64,000 nt of DNA from Adineta vaga (taxonomy: Eukaryota; Animalia; Rotifera), in the NCBI GenBank assembly GCA_021613535.1, contig CP075494.1, positions 9,858,001 through 9,922,000 on the forward strand, read 5' to 3'. Positions 51,864 through 64,000 of the stretch are shown piece by piece. The position numbers and the translations under genes were made by a program. The notes beneath the pieces were generated by a model. That model was given only the letters and a program-made list of their open reading frames with translations, was not told the DNA's origin and ran no database searches. The stretch's first letter is position 1. Every line of letters begins with the position of its first letter.

Positions 51864-52648
51864 GCTTTTCTTTCAATCAAAATTATAAAGATAATATCGC
51901 TACGATCATCCCCGCTTAACTATTCATTATGAAATCGCCAAAACATGGTTTGATGTACTTTACATTAATTTCATTCGCTTTTTTTTACTCTCGATTGAAA
52001 ATGAAGGATATTAACCGACTATTACGGCTCTAATATTTAAGTATGAATGGGTGATCGAAAAGTATTACTGAAACTTAGATGATGAGATAATTGAAATCTT
52101 ATAGTTAGTTGTTGATACAAGTACGTGTAGTCTAAAATAGGTAACCTCAAATACTACAGGCAGATTTGTATCGTTGACATCGATTATTTATTTTCGTTCT
52201 ATAATAAAATATTGTTTTATGTCAAATATAAGAATTAGAAATTCAAATCAAATACTGTCATCAATGTATGAAACGATCTCTTACATAAAATAATCTTTTG
52301 TGATACAATTTAACAACTCAGCATTTTTAATCTAACGTGAAAACAGTTTTCACTCGATTTGATTTGGTTATCAGAATAGATTTCCACTAAGTATTAGCGT
52401 TTGAAAATCCAATAGGAAACCGTAATTGATTCATAAAACTCGTATGAACAATCATTCTCAAGATCATTTAAACAACATATCAATTATGATGAGCATGGTA
52501 CATATGTGCGTCTAGAGAAAGTCGATCGATAGTATCCTGACAGCAATGATTAATATCACGAATCGGAATCTATAAGTGGCTGGCGTCATAAAGAATGGTG
52601 GAGGATTTTTATAAGATATTAGAAATAAATTATATCTGAACATCAATA

Positions 52649-52871
52649 CAGTGCTGTTCAAAATTATAAGAACAAAGCTTTTTTTTATGTATTAACAAAT
52701 TTTTATCTCCCTTTTCTCTGCTTAAATTGATCTCTCAAATAGTATATATGTATTCGAGTACTCGAATACATATATACTATTTGAGAGATCAATTTAAGCA
52801 GAGAAAAGGGAGATAAAAATTTGTTAATACATAAAAAAAAAGCTTTGTTCTTATAATTTTGAACAGCACTG
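52649..52871. mobile_element. Tc1/mariner-type MITE forming a near-perfect spacerless palindrome
   Basis: CAGTGCTG...CAGCACTG termini, TA TSD; empty site in the mirror arm at ~26749. Confidence 0.88.
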
Positions 52872-53006
52872 TATATAATCTATACGTTCTAAAAATTATC
52901 CGAATTCGAACACATTGTTCGTTTGTGAATAGACATCAACCATCTGACTAATTTCTAAGCTTTCACTCGTATGTGTAAATTTAATTCTTTTATTATTAAG
53001 CAAAAG

Positions 53007-53110
53007 TGTTGCTCTGGCAGATCAGTGTTGCCACCAATCCGCACGATTTCGTCATCGCAACATGTATTTAATCCGTTAGGATATTTACCTCTTGGTAAGT
53101 TGTAATAAGC
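53007..53110 (-). ncRNA. SL RNA gene, pair 6 left
   Basis: Leader, donor and intron. Confidence 0.9.
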
Positions 53111-53243
53111 AATTTGTTTCGATGGTCTCTAGAGCACGCCATCTACGCTGTCTCGACACATCTTACTTTTCGTTTGCTTCTTCCAAAACCATATATGTAG
53201 AGACAATGAAAAGTTTGTGCTCCACACATTGTGAAGAAAAGTT

Positions 53244-53347
53244 GCTTATTACAACTTACCAAGAGGTAAATATCCTAACGGATTAAATACATGTTGCAAT
53301 GACGAAATCGTGTGGATTGGTGGTAACACTGATCTGCCAGAGCAACA
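53244..53347 (+). ncRNA. SL RNA gene, pair 6 right
   Basis: Leader, donor and intron. Confidence 0.9.
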
Positions 53348-54049
53348 ACATTTTTATTAATCAAATATGCAAAGATATCAACAGTTTTACGTAGCGTTTA
53401 TCGCGACATTATGATATGCTCGAGAAAAAAAGTATACCCTCCAAAAACAAAATAGTCACAGAGGAATGTGCTGTAAAAAAAAGGGAAATTAATCGTACAT
53501 TTTCTCAAGAAATCTAATCTACTATAGATATTATTTTGAATTATTATATCAGTCAATATGATAATCTTGAATCAAAGTATATGTATGTTATAAAGAGACT
53601 GATAAAAAAAAACAATTTAAACTAGCCATTTCATCAACAAAACAATCACCCTCTAAGAGATAAGAATAGATCATTGGACAAGCATTCTAGTCGTGGTTTT
53701 TATTCAGACAATGTTTCAGCGATACCGAACAAGACAAGTTGAAGTCATCGTGCTACATTTCGATATAAGTGTTTTATGTACAAGAAAGAAAGAAAATGCA
53801 TTGATGCGAAACGATAATCACATGATGATTAGTGAAGCGCATACGTGTTGAAAAACACATTTGATCATTTTCTTTTTCGTATGTTTATTTTGCTTTGTGT
53901 TAAAAGTATTGAAAAGAAATATCTGAACGTGTGAAAATCTCTCATTTGATAGAGCTTGATGTTTTCATTCATCCATTTACCTATTTAGAACTACAATAAT
54001 CAAATGAAATTGCTTTCTTGAAAGAAAAAAGAAGAGAAATTCACTGACA

Positions 54050-54526
54050 ATGATGATGGACAAATGTATGGTGATGCAGAATGGTTTTCAGTTTTCGATT
54101 TTCAATGATCAATGTCTGCTATTTCTGTTTCCTGGATGGAATATTAATACTCATCTCAAATATGTCTTTGCTATTATTGGTGTGTTTTGTTTGGGTTTGT
54201 CAAATGAACTATTAATTCATAGTCGTCATCTTCTATCGACAAGACTGAATACAAGATCATCATTGATCGTTCATCAGTTGTGTCTTTCTTTCGTCTATGG
54301 CATTCATATGTTACTTGCTTATGGAATCATGTTATTGGTCATGACCTATGACGTAGGTTTTTTCATCACATTACTATTGGGATTAGTTTCTGGTCACTTT
54401 ATATTTGGTATTATTCGTTGTCGAAATGATGCGTTGTCAAGTGAAAAGACACCCTTGATAGGTTTAGCAGGTCAACATCTTTCACTTTCGACTCCATGTT
54501 GTCAATCAACGAACGAAGTGAAATGA
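54050..54526 (+). CDS. Ctr copper transporter, copy 2 (identical protein)
   Basis: Same translation as 25095-25571. Confidence 0.88.
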   Translation: MMMDKCMVMQNGFQFSIFNDQCLLFLFPGWNINTHLKYVFAIIGVFCLGLSNELLIHSRHLLSTRLNTRSSLIVHQLCLSFVYGIHMLLAYGIMLLVMTYDVGFFITLLLGLVSGHFIFGIIRCRNDALSSEKTPLIGLAGQHLSLSTPCCQSTNEVK

Positions 54527-54751
54527 AGATGAGGATGTTTTGAGTGAGCTATTATTGTTGGAAAAGAAAATATAAATTAGAATAAAAAATGTGAATCACA
54601 TTATAAAAGTATGAATGTTATCAGCAAATATAGTTGATAATTGTATACTCATCATGATGAATGATATTTTATTTTGATTAGCAGCTTCTCTCAAAGCATT
54701 TAAATAATGAAAGAAAAGTAGTGAAGAAACAAAAGAGTTTCAGTTGAAAAA

Positions 54752-55545
54752 ATGTTGATGAAGTCACTAGTCGTACTTGTACTTTTTCTTCAATTTGCAA
54801 CAGCAATCCCTATGACTATTTATTATTGAGCTGAATATTTTCCATTTGATCCTTCTAATCTCATAATTAGTATATCATCGATGACAACATTCTGCGAATG
54901 TACATGTCAATGTTACCATAATTTATCATGTATCACTGGTAATTTCAACGATGTGTATGATCAATACAATGGAGAATTATACAAATCTCTGATCATCACC
55001 AGGATATGGTAGTTCTGTTAATTTTGCTTTTAGTACATGTGCTTCTGTTGATTGTTACATGAATTTAATTCAAAGTAGTTTTACAATATCTGCTTGGATA
55101 TGGATATGGATTGGTTCACCTTTTGATCTTGCTATCACATATCATTACTTCATGTTATTTGCTCATTGTGGTATAACAGCAAGTGATAAATGGTTATATT
55201 CGATTAGGATTTGTTGATGATGATTTAGTAGGTACACAATTCAATTGAAATTACAACAATAGTATTATGTTACTTATGTCTATACGAATGTCGGTGTTAT
55301 TCTTCAGGTAGATTTATATGAATGATACGTTGATGAATAAAAATAATGGAAGCAATGATTATGTTGACAGTGATAAATTTAATCGAATTACAATTGGAAG
55401 TTGTTATGAATCAAATTTCTGTGTTGGAAATGAAAGTAGAATATCAAGTTCTGTATTCGGAGGCAAGACTGATGAATTTAAGATCTATTGTCGAAAATTA
55501 ACAAAAACTGAGATATGTTCATTGTCAAGCAGTACTTCATGTTAA
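54752..55545 (+). pseudogene. Secreted PAN + LamG/ConA-like pseudogene with its natural 3' end
   Basis: In-frame TGA after IPMTIYY; C-terminus FGGKTDEFKIYCRKLTKTEI fits the LamG FxGxIDExxIYxRxLxxxEI motif. Confidence 0.65.
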
Positions 55546-55944
55546 GAAATGGACTCGAAATACTTTTCTATATTTATTTTTAATATTCTAAATAATAAAA
55601 TTTTTATTCAATTACTGAGGGTTTTATTGCTTCTTAGGATGATCAATGACTGATCACATTAAATAAACGCATTTGATCATCGACAATATACTAAATAACC
55701 TACGCAATGTGAAATAAGTTTCCCACGGGGGACGTTGATTTATCTAATATTAGAGGAAAAACGACGGATTGCGTAGTTATTGATTTATTTGTTTAGTGAT
55801 GAGAAAGGTAACGTGCGTCATTCGAGGACGAAATCTATTTTGGTACCTTTGTTTACTATTTGTATAAATACATACTTCGAAGAGTACAAATCGAAAAAAA
55901 CGATATTTGATTTTGGCGAATTTTATACTTTATGTTCATTTTTC

Positions 55945-58900
55945 ATGGAAACGAAAGTGAATATATACTTACTAGTACTTACTATTTCATCTGGATTTAT
56001 CGATAAAAGTAAAAGAGATAGTTTTAGAAATCTTTGTCAAATTAAATATCTCCGTTTCTATTCTAGCGATAGGTCAAAATTGTAAAACTGCAGGATGTCC
56101 TAATAATTTGTGTTGTTCAGATTTTGGCTTGTAAGAAAATTATTTCAATCTAATATCAATCATAATCAATCTATTATAGTTGCGGAAGTACACCAGAACA
56201 TTGCGGTTTCACAACAACGTCACCATCATTGAATAATACTATAACGATACGACGTACTGTATTTTTTTGTATGAAAATGTTTATATGTATTCGTTTCTTC
56301 CTTTAGCTGGTGATTGTAGAGTTTGTGGATGTACTGCACTTGGTGATTGTTGTTCTCCATTTGGTTTGTAAGTAGAAGAAAGAATATAAATTTGACATGT
56401 AAATTTTATTTTCATGTTTATTAAGTTGCGGAAATACAGCAGATCATTGTGCGAATCAAACTGTTGAGACACCCGAATCAACGCTGATTTCTCAAACTCG
56501 AAGTAATTTTATTTTCCTTTGTGAAGTTAAACATACATTTCATTTCTATACAGATGGTGATTGTCGAATATGTAATAATTGTGATGGAACACAAATCTGT
56601 TGTGAAAATACTGGAATGTAAGATTACTTGATTACTATATGTAGAGAAAAATCTTTATCTCTTTTTACTTTTAAAGTTGTGTCGATGAAGAAAAACAATG
56701 TATTGATAGTAGTTCAACAATTGCACCTCCGACAAATAAATGTCATCCTAATCCATCAAAGTTTTATAAAATATTTCATAACATTCATAATAAAGTTATT
56801 GATTGTAAAGAATTTTCAACCAATGCTAATGCTTCAACGATTGTTCAATGGTCACACAGTGAAACTCTCAATCAATTATGGCAATTTATTCCCATCAATC
56901 AAATAGCAGATACCTATTTGATTGTTTCAATTCAAACAAATAAAGCATTAACAGTAACAGAATCTAATAATCTTCAACAATGGTCTTATCAAACAGATAA
57001 TTTCAATCAATTATTTCATATTCAACAGGAAAATAATGAAAATGATTTATGTCGAATAGTTAATCTACAAACAAATAGATCGATTATTATTCAATCAAAT
57101 CTAAATGGACAACCGATTGAAATTGCAAAACAAGAAATAAGTAATGATTTCGTATGGAAACTGATTGAAACAGGTAAATTTTTGGTTAACAATGAATATT
57201 TAATACGATTATTTGTAGGCAATGCTAACAATCGTTATTGGAAAATCTATATTGATGAAAATCTTAATGAAATTTGTGAAGATAATGAAAATGAAAAGTC
57301 TACAGAAAAGTTAACAATAGAAAATTGTTTATATTGGTGTAATAAGGACAAACGAAAAGAATTTTGTATGTGGAATTCAAATGATAATGATGGTCAAATA
57401 GGTTATTGTATTGCAACAAATCAATGTCAAAATAAAACGAAAATAAAGATTGAAAATGAAAAATACCGAACTTATATCAATAGTAAATGAAATATTTGAA
57501 TTAAATTCAAAATATAAATTTTCAATTTTGATATTTTTACAGGACCTGATATGGATGTTTTTACAAATGATATTGATGCAGATACATCACTTACTTTTCC
57601 TACAGCATCATTTTCAAATTACATTGACTATACAAAATATCTTCTGATTTCTGCGAATAATTTTCTTATTCCATCTGAACCATTACGTTGTATTGAGTTC
57701 GATCCTCAAAAACAACGTATTCTTGTTTTTAATGAAACTAATGAAGGTATTCGATTTTGTGATTTATGTCCAAATCTTCCACCATTTGATAAATATGCTG
57801 ATTATATGATCAAAGCAAATCCATTGAATCAAATCGAAAATTCTCGATTTGATCAATGTTTTCTTGAATGTGTGCAAAATGTTCAATGTATTGGTTATTC
57901 ATATAATTCAAAGAATTTCACATGTTTAATATTTAAAGAAACAGAAATTATCGGAACAAGTGGATTAGTTTATCAACAAGAATGGATAACAGTTCTTGTC
58001 AAACAACCAATTGGAATCATTCAAAATTGGTTTTATAGACGAAATACAAGAATTGTGATTAGACTTCTCGATGCAATCAATCGAACTGAATCGGCTGATA
58101 CATTTTTAAAATGTTTAAATTTATGTAGTCATTCTCAAACTCCGTGTTTAGCAGTAACATATGATTTTCATTCAAAAATTTGTCAATTCTTTGAAAATAT
58201 GACAACAGATAATTGGATTCAATCATCTTACGGTTCAATATCGGCATTTCATTTCTCGTATCTCTATGGAGATACATCAAATCAATGGAAATTTATATCG
58301 GAAGATAAGAATTCCAATGAAGATTCATTAAAAAACGATTCAAGTAAAACATGTCGTTTACCAGATGATAAACCATCGGATGAATATGATATTTATTTCA
58401 ATTCCAATTGTTTAATTGGTGGTAAGAGTAAAAGAAAATCTTGTTGATAAGAATCTGTCTTATTTATTTAGGTGGTAATGGTTGTGATGAAAATGGTTGT
58501 CAATTATGTTTAAAATATAAAACTAATTTTGAACAAAATCTTCCACTCTGTCCTTCATCATTATCTAAAGCTGATAGTTTACAAAATATTGAAAATTGTA
58601 TGAAAATTTGTTCAAATCAATCGATCACTTGTTTAGGATTTGATTATGATCCAGCGACGTCAGTGTGTACTTATATTTCAACATATTCAAATTGGATAAG
58701 AAATAAAAAGAATCAAACAAAACGATATTTACTCTCATATCCATCAAAAACATTTCAGTTTCTTCCTGATTGTGAATTAATTTCGAGTTCAATATCACAA
58801 TCAACGACGGTTGATGAATGTTTAAGTACATGTGGAAATGAATGTCAAAAAGTATCTTATAATTACAAAACATCTCAATGTAAAACAGGTGGATATTCAA

Positions 58901-61900
58901 CAGGAATATCACGAATTGATTCTCAAATCGATTCACATTGTTTTATAAGAAATTTCAATGGAAACAATGATTTGACATCAATACGAATGGCATTTTATCG
59001 TTATTTAGGTGTTGAATTAAAAGTTTCATCATTGAATGAAATCTCGTATCAATGTCAAGGAGATTGTTCGAATGAATTGAATCAATGTTTAGAAAATTGT
59101 TTACAATCGAATGAATGTCAATATATTTCAATTACATATACAAATGCAAATTCATTTCTTTGTAAATTATTCAAAAATATCATCAATGAAACAACAGATT
59201 TTGTTGCAAACAATTTCTCCGAAATATATTATCGATATTTTGATGTGAATTTGAATTTATCGACAGTTGATGCAATGCCTATATTTCAAGCGGAATCTGA
59301 TTTAGCACAATGTTATGATCAAACAAGAACTGGCAAGAAAAATGAACAAACATATTCGACATTAGAAGGTTTTAAAGATTCATTGGAAATATCAAGTAAT
59401 GATACTGAACAAAATCAGAATAGTTTAACGAAAAAACGTCGACGACGATCGATATTTTCTGATATTGGCAATTTCTTCAAGGACAATATTATCGATCCTG
59501 TTATTGATACTGTCGTAGATATTGTCGAAACACCTATTCAAATTGGTAAAGCAATTGGTTCAGCTATTTCTGGTGATACAGAACAAGCGAAAAAAGATCT
59601 TCTTGAAATTGGAATTGTGCAAGATGCAATTAGTTTAGGAGAAAATGCAGTGGAATTCGGTAAAGCATTAGGAAAAGGGGATCTTGCAGGTGCGGGTGAA
59701 GCTTTATTGAATGTTGGAGCTGATGCATTAAGTTTTGTACCAATACCAGGAGGAAAAGTAATTGGAAGTATTGGAAAGAATGGAATTAAAAATGGATTGA
59801 AAGGTTCCAAAAAAGATTCCAAACCAACATCAAATGATAGGCAAGAGGATGATAACAGAAGATCGGAAGATGAAAATGATAGACAATGTAGTTTGGTGGT
59901 AAGTGAAAGAAAATTTTGGTTTTTCTTATTTTCTAACAATTATGATGTACGTATTTTAGACACGTCGAAAACGAGCTGATGGTACTGGTAAACGTAAATG
60001 TGATAATAATGATAATAATCAACAACAGTAAGTTTAACCTGAAGAATGCTTATTTATATGAATTAACTTTTTTTTATTAAGAAACAATCCAAAATGTCAA
60101 AGGCCAAAGATAACATTTTTATTAGAAATTGGCGATTGTCATATGAAATCAATTGGTAAAAAATGTGAATGGATATGTAAAGCTGGTTATAATGAATCTG
60201 CTGCAGATGGTGCATCTTGTGATCGACAGAAATCTAAAAATAAGAATGCAGTATGGGACCCAAAACCAGCATGTAATCCTCAACAATGTGGTACAGGAAA
60301 TAATCCATATATATCAGTTGAAACAGATGGAATTGTAGCTTTTACAATATATTATGATAAAAAACGAAAATTACCTATATGGTCATTTTGTATTCATGAT
60401 TCGAAAAATCGTGTAACGAAAGATCTTAAAGTTGAACGTGGTGGTAGTTTTTATAAGCATCCATGTCCACAATTAATATCAGATCAACCATCAGATGATC
60501 ATTATACACATTCTGGATACGATCGTGGACATTTAACTCCATCAGATGCTCATCGATATTCCGACAAAGCATCAAAATCTTCAAATTTTTTTATTAATGT
60601 AGCACCACAAGATCCATTTACAAATCAAGATTTCTGGAAAAAAATTGAAGCACATCTTTTATGTCATAATAATAAATATCCAGCAAGTTTAGTTGCTACT
60701 GGTATTTGTCCTGATTCAAGAGGTAAAACCAAATCTCTTCAAAAATTAGATATTCCAAGTTGTTTTTGGAAAATGATTTGTTATATTCGAGATGGTAAAA
60801 CACATGTTGTTGGTTTTCTATCGGATAATAAACTTATTGAGGAAAGACATTCTGCAGATTATAATAATACAAAAAGTGCAATATTTCGACCTGTTTCTCA
60901 ACAAACTATTAGAGATCTTTTGAAAGGTGATGCTAATTATGCGAAAAATCCATTCGATTCAAGTGTATTATCAAAATCGAATAAAGGTATTTTAAAAAAA
61001 TGAAATTCATTCATATTTAAGTCTTTTTTAATTATTTGTAGGTCGTGGAGCAATTTTAGTACAACCCAGTTTATGTGCAAATGCATTAACATTAGATCAA
61101 ACTGAATCTGATGCATGGTACAATGATTTTATGGGTATTAAAAAAGGTTCAACAAAAACAAAAAGACAAGCAAGTGATATTTTTAACTCTCGAGGATGTT
61201 CAGCATCAGAAGCTCAAGCAATGGCATTATTTATGGGTCTAAAGTCACTTGATGTAACAGATGAAGAAGATATTGTACCAGATGATAGGAATAGTGATGA
61301 AAGTGATTTAGGGGATGAAGATGATGATGATGGTACTGATGGTCGTCCACAAGCAGCTAATTGTGGTAAACGAATTATTGGTTATTATCCAAGTTGGGGA
61401 ACAGGAAAAATTTCCGGAAAACATATTCGTCGTTTAACACATATTATCTATGCTTTCTTTGAAGTTGATAGCAGTGGACAAGTCTTTCTTGGTAGTGCAG
61501 ATCGAACACATAGTCAAGATGTCGGAAAAGATATTGAAATTGCGAAAAAACGTTTAGATCATCTATTAAAATTGAAACAAATTTATCCCGAACAAAAATA
61601 TATGTTTGCTGTTGGTGGATGGGAGAACTCGCAATATTTCAGTTCAATTGCTCAATCACCTGATAAACGTCTTCGATTTATTGCATCATCGTTAAAATTA
61701 CTTGATGAATATGATCTTGATGGTATTGATATTGATTGGGAACATCCAGTAACAGGTGGAGCTGTCGAAGGTATTCCAGATGATAAAGAAAATTATGTTT
61801 TATTCATGAAAGAAATTCGACAAGCATTAGATCAACATAGTGGTAGTGAAGGAAAATATCTGCTATCATTTGCATCAGCTGCAGGACAATGGACACTTGA

Positions 61901-63224
61901 TCCAGGTTATAATCTTCCTGGATTATTAAAATATGCTGATTTTGTTAATATAATGACATATGATTTCTTTGGTGCATGGGAATCGAAATGGGGAGCATAT
62001 ACAGGACCACCAGCACCACTCTTTTTTGGAATGCCACCAAGATTTTCTGGTAAAACAAATGTTGATTGGACAGTTAAATATTATATGTGTAAAACAAATC
62101 AACCACATCAAATAAACATGGGTGTACCATTTTATGGTCGATATTGGAAGAATGTTCCAAGTGAACCAATAGATCCCACAGATGGTATGAGGAGAAAATA
62201 TAAAGAATTATTTAATTATTTGATATTTTCTGCTTTAGGTATGTGGCATAAAGCAAATGCTGTAAATGGTAAATTTGAAGGTGGTTATGCGCCATGGAAT
62301 GAAATAAAAAGTTCTTGGTTAACAAATCCAGCTTATAAACAAGAAAATCATGAAAAATCCAAATCATCTTATGCTTATAATGCTCAAGAAGGTATATTCT
62401 TAGGTTTTGAATCACCTGAATCATTACGAGATAAAGCAAAATATGCTGTGGATAAAAATGTTGGTGGATTAATGATATGGGCAATTGATCAAGATGATGA
62501 TGATTTAACAATGATGAATATTGTATCAACAGCTCCATTATGTCAAAATACTGATCCAAAAGCAACATTTTATAAATGTTCACCATTAAAAGATGAAAAA
62601 CGTTGGTGGACATTAGAAGATAGTGAAGAAAATGCTGGTATGTGCGGTCGATCAGCACCATTATATAGAGGTTATTATCCTGTTTGTGATCCTGATGATC
62701 CGGGTTATAGTTGTTGTAGTCCTGAAGGCTTTTGTGGATTTTCTGATAAACATTGTAAAAGTCCTGGTGTTAATTATGGTGAAAATCCTGATTTATTAGT
62801 TCAAGAACCTGTTCGTCCAACAATCAATCCTATTCTTTGGTATACACTCGATGCACCGGATGGTAAGCGCGGTCGATGTGGACGAGATGTACCTAAACTC
62901 GATAATGGTGAATATCCAATATGTAATCCTGATGATGCTAATGCTCACTGTTGTTCAAATGGTGGTTATTGTGGAGCTGGTAAAGAATTTTGTGAATGTG
63001 AAGAATGTATTGATTTCAAAAACGATCCAAAGTTTCGATTCAAACCAAAACAATGGACTGATGATGGAAAATGTGGTAAAAATGCTCCACAAGTCAATGG
63101 TCAAATGGCTATTTGTAATCCTGATTCTAAAACAGCATATTGTTGTTCATCGTCAGGTTACTGTGGTTCAGGTGCTGAATTTTGTGATTGTGAAGGATGT
63201 GTCAATTACAAGAATAAGAACTGA
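55945..63224 (+). CDS. Large secreted multidomain protein: hevein-like repeats, ricin-B lectin, PAN/apple domains, Gly-rich hydrophobic segment, DNA/RNA non-specific endonuclease, GH18 chitinase, C-terminal chitin-binding repeats
   Basis: CPNNLCCSDFGFCG; QW/QLW repeats; CxxxC...CxGxxY PAN patterns; YDRGHL...NVAPQ; RIIGYY, AVGGW, DGIDIDWE, MTYDF, GGLMIW; CNPDDANAHCCSNGGYCG; ORFs separated by intron-sized GT-AG gaps. Confidence 0.8.
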
Positions 63225-63873
63225 CTTTTTATGTAAATATTTTGTTTTTTATTAATAAAATTTCAAGAAAAAATTTACATTAAATTCATCTCGAACATTC
63301 CAATATAGTTAAAAATCATTGTAAACAAAATAAGTCTTGTATCAAATCTTTTCAATTAAATTTATGATGTTACACAAAATATTGTTTCGAAAAATAGAAA
63401 GCTTCATATTTGTCCACGCCCATGTTAATAGTCATAGTATTCATATTTACCTGTTACATTACTTGCGTTGTCTATGATATTTTATAACATGTGTTTCGTA
63501 CTTGTTTTCACCTTCATTGGGTACATATTATAAACATACTGAAATAGTTTTTTTTCTTCGTCATACATATACAGCGAGAATCGTTTTGATTTCTATAGTA
63601 ATATTCTTCTTCGAGAAATTCCGAAACGATACCTTTTATTATCAATTATAAAAATATCACTCGCCCTCTTTTTGCAAGTCATATTACAAAAAATAAATAA
63701 GCGAGATATTTTTCTTTTCTTCTCTTTTTTTTTAATTTAAGGTGATCAGTAATAATGCAAAGAAAAATAAATATCAAGGATATATTTGTATCAATACAAG
63801 AGAAAGAAGTCGGTTCGACATGGTCCATAACCACTGCCACATTGCTTCTTATTAATCATTCGAAAGAACAAAT

Positions 63874-64000
63874 ATGTATATTTCTGATACTGTTAGATTA
63901 AATCATCGAATTTATTCAGCATTACGTTGTGGAACGACTTATTTATTTTTCTTATTAATTCCATGCATTATCTGGAGTTTAAAATCAGCAGTGTCTTATG
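63874..64000 (+). CDS. 5' part of the duplicate two-TM gene (mirror of 22514-23177)
   Basis: MYISDTVRLNHRIYSALRCG..., runs off the window. Confidence 0.6.
   Translation, partial: MYISDTVRLNHRIYSALRCGTTYLFFLLIPCIIWSLKSAVSY

Larger units (their letters stand above)
51518..64000 (+). repeat. Right arm of the large inverted duplication (51518-55475 and 63416-64000, with 7.9 kb of arm-specific DNA between)
   Basis: Reverse complement of 24146-27879 and 23051-23635. Confidence 0.93.

Overview
AT-rich eukaryotic DNA with many ~45-70 nt GT-AG introns, most likely from a bdelloid rotifer (spliced-leader sequence, ART-LRR gene, intronless foreign-looking genes). Ordinary genes: 3' end of CBP/p300, SLC13, NOP2, innexin, FABP, a Ly6 protein, ART-LRR and intersectin. 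The ~340-bp palindromes (26.3, 27.5, 44.1/49.2, 50.2, 51.5 and 53.0 kb) are not MITEs. Each is a head-to-head pair of 104-nt spliced-leader (SL) RNA genes (GCTTATTACAACTTACCAAGAG|GTAAAT...) sharing a 133-bp bidirectional promoter with a fixed-spacing two-part motif, giving 12 SL genes. A full-length APE-type (Tx1/L1-like) LINE has inserted, in sense orientation and with a 13-bp TSD, just after the splice donor of one SL gene. It is a candidate SL-targeting retrotransposon that could use the SL promoter and leader. A large inverted duplication (about 23.1-27.9 kb vs 51.5-64 kb) has its inner breakpoints at SL genes. One arm carries a large secreted multidomain gene (hevein, ricin-B, PAN, Gly-rich hydrophobic segment, DRGH nuclease, GH18 chitinase) with a killer-toxin-like architecture. 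Also present: an 834-bp direct duplication around a 3-kb insert, a 2OG-Fe(II) oxygenase/F-box fusion, and a possible NOP2-innexin operon.
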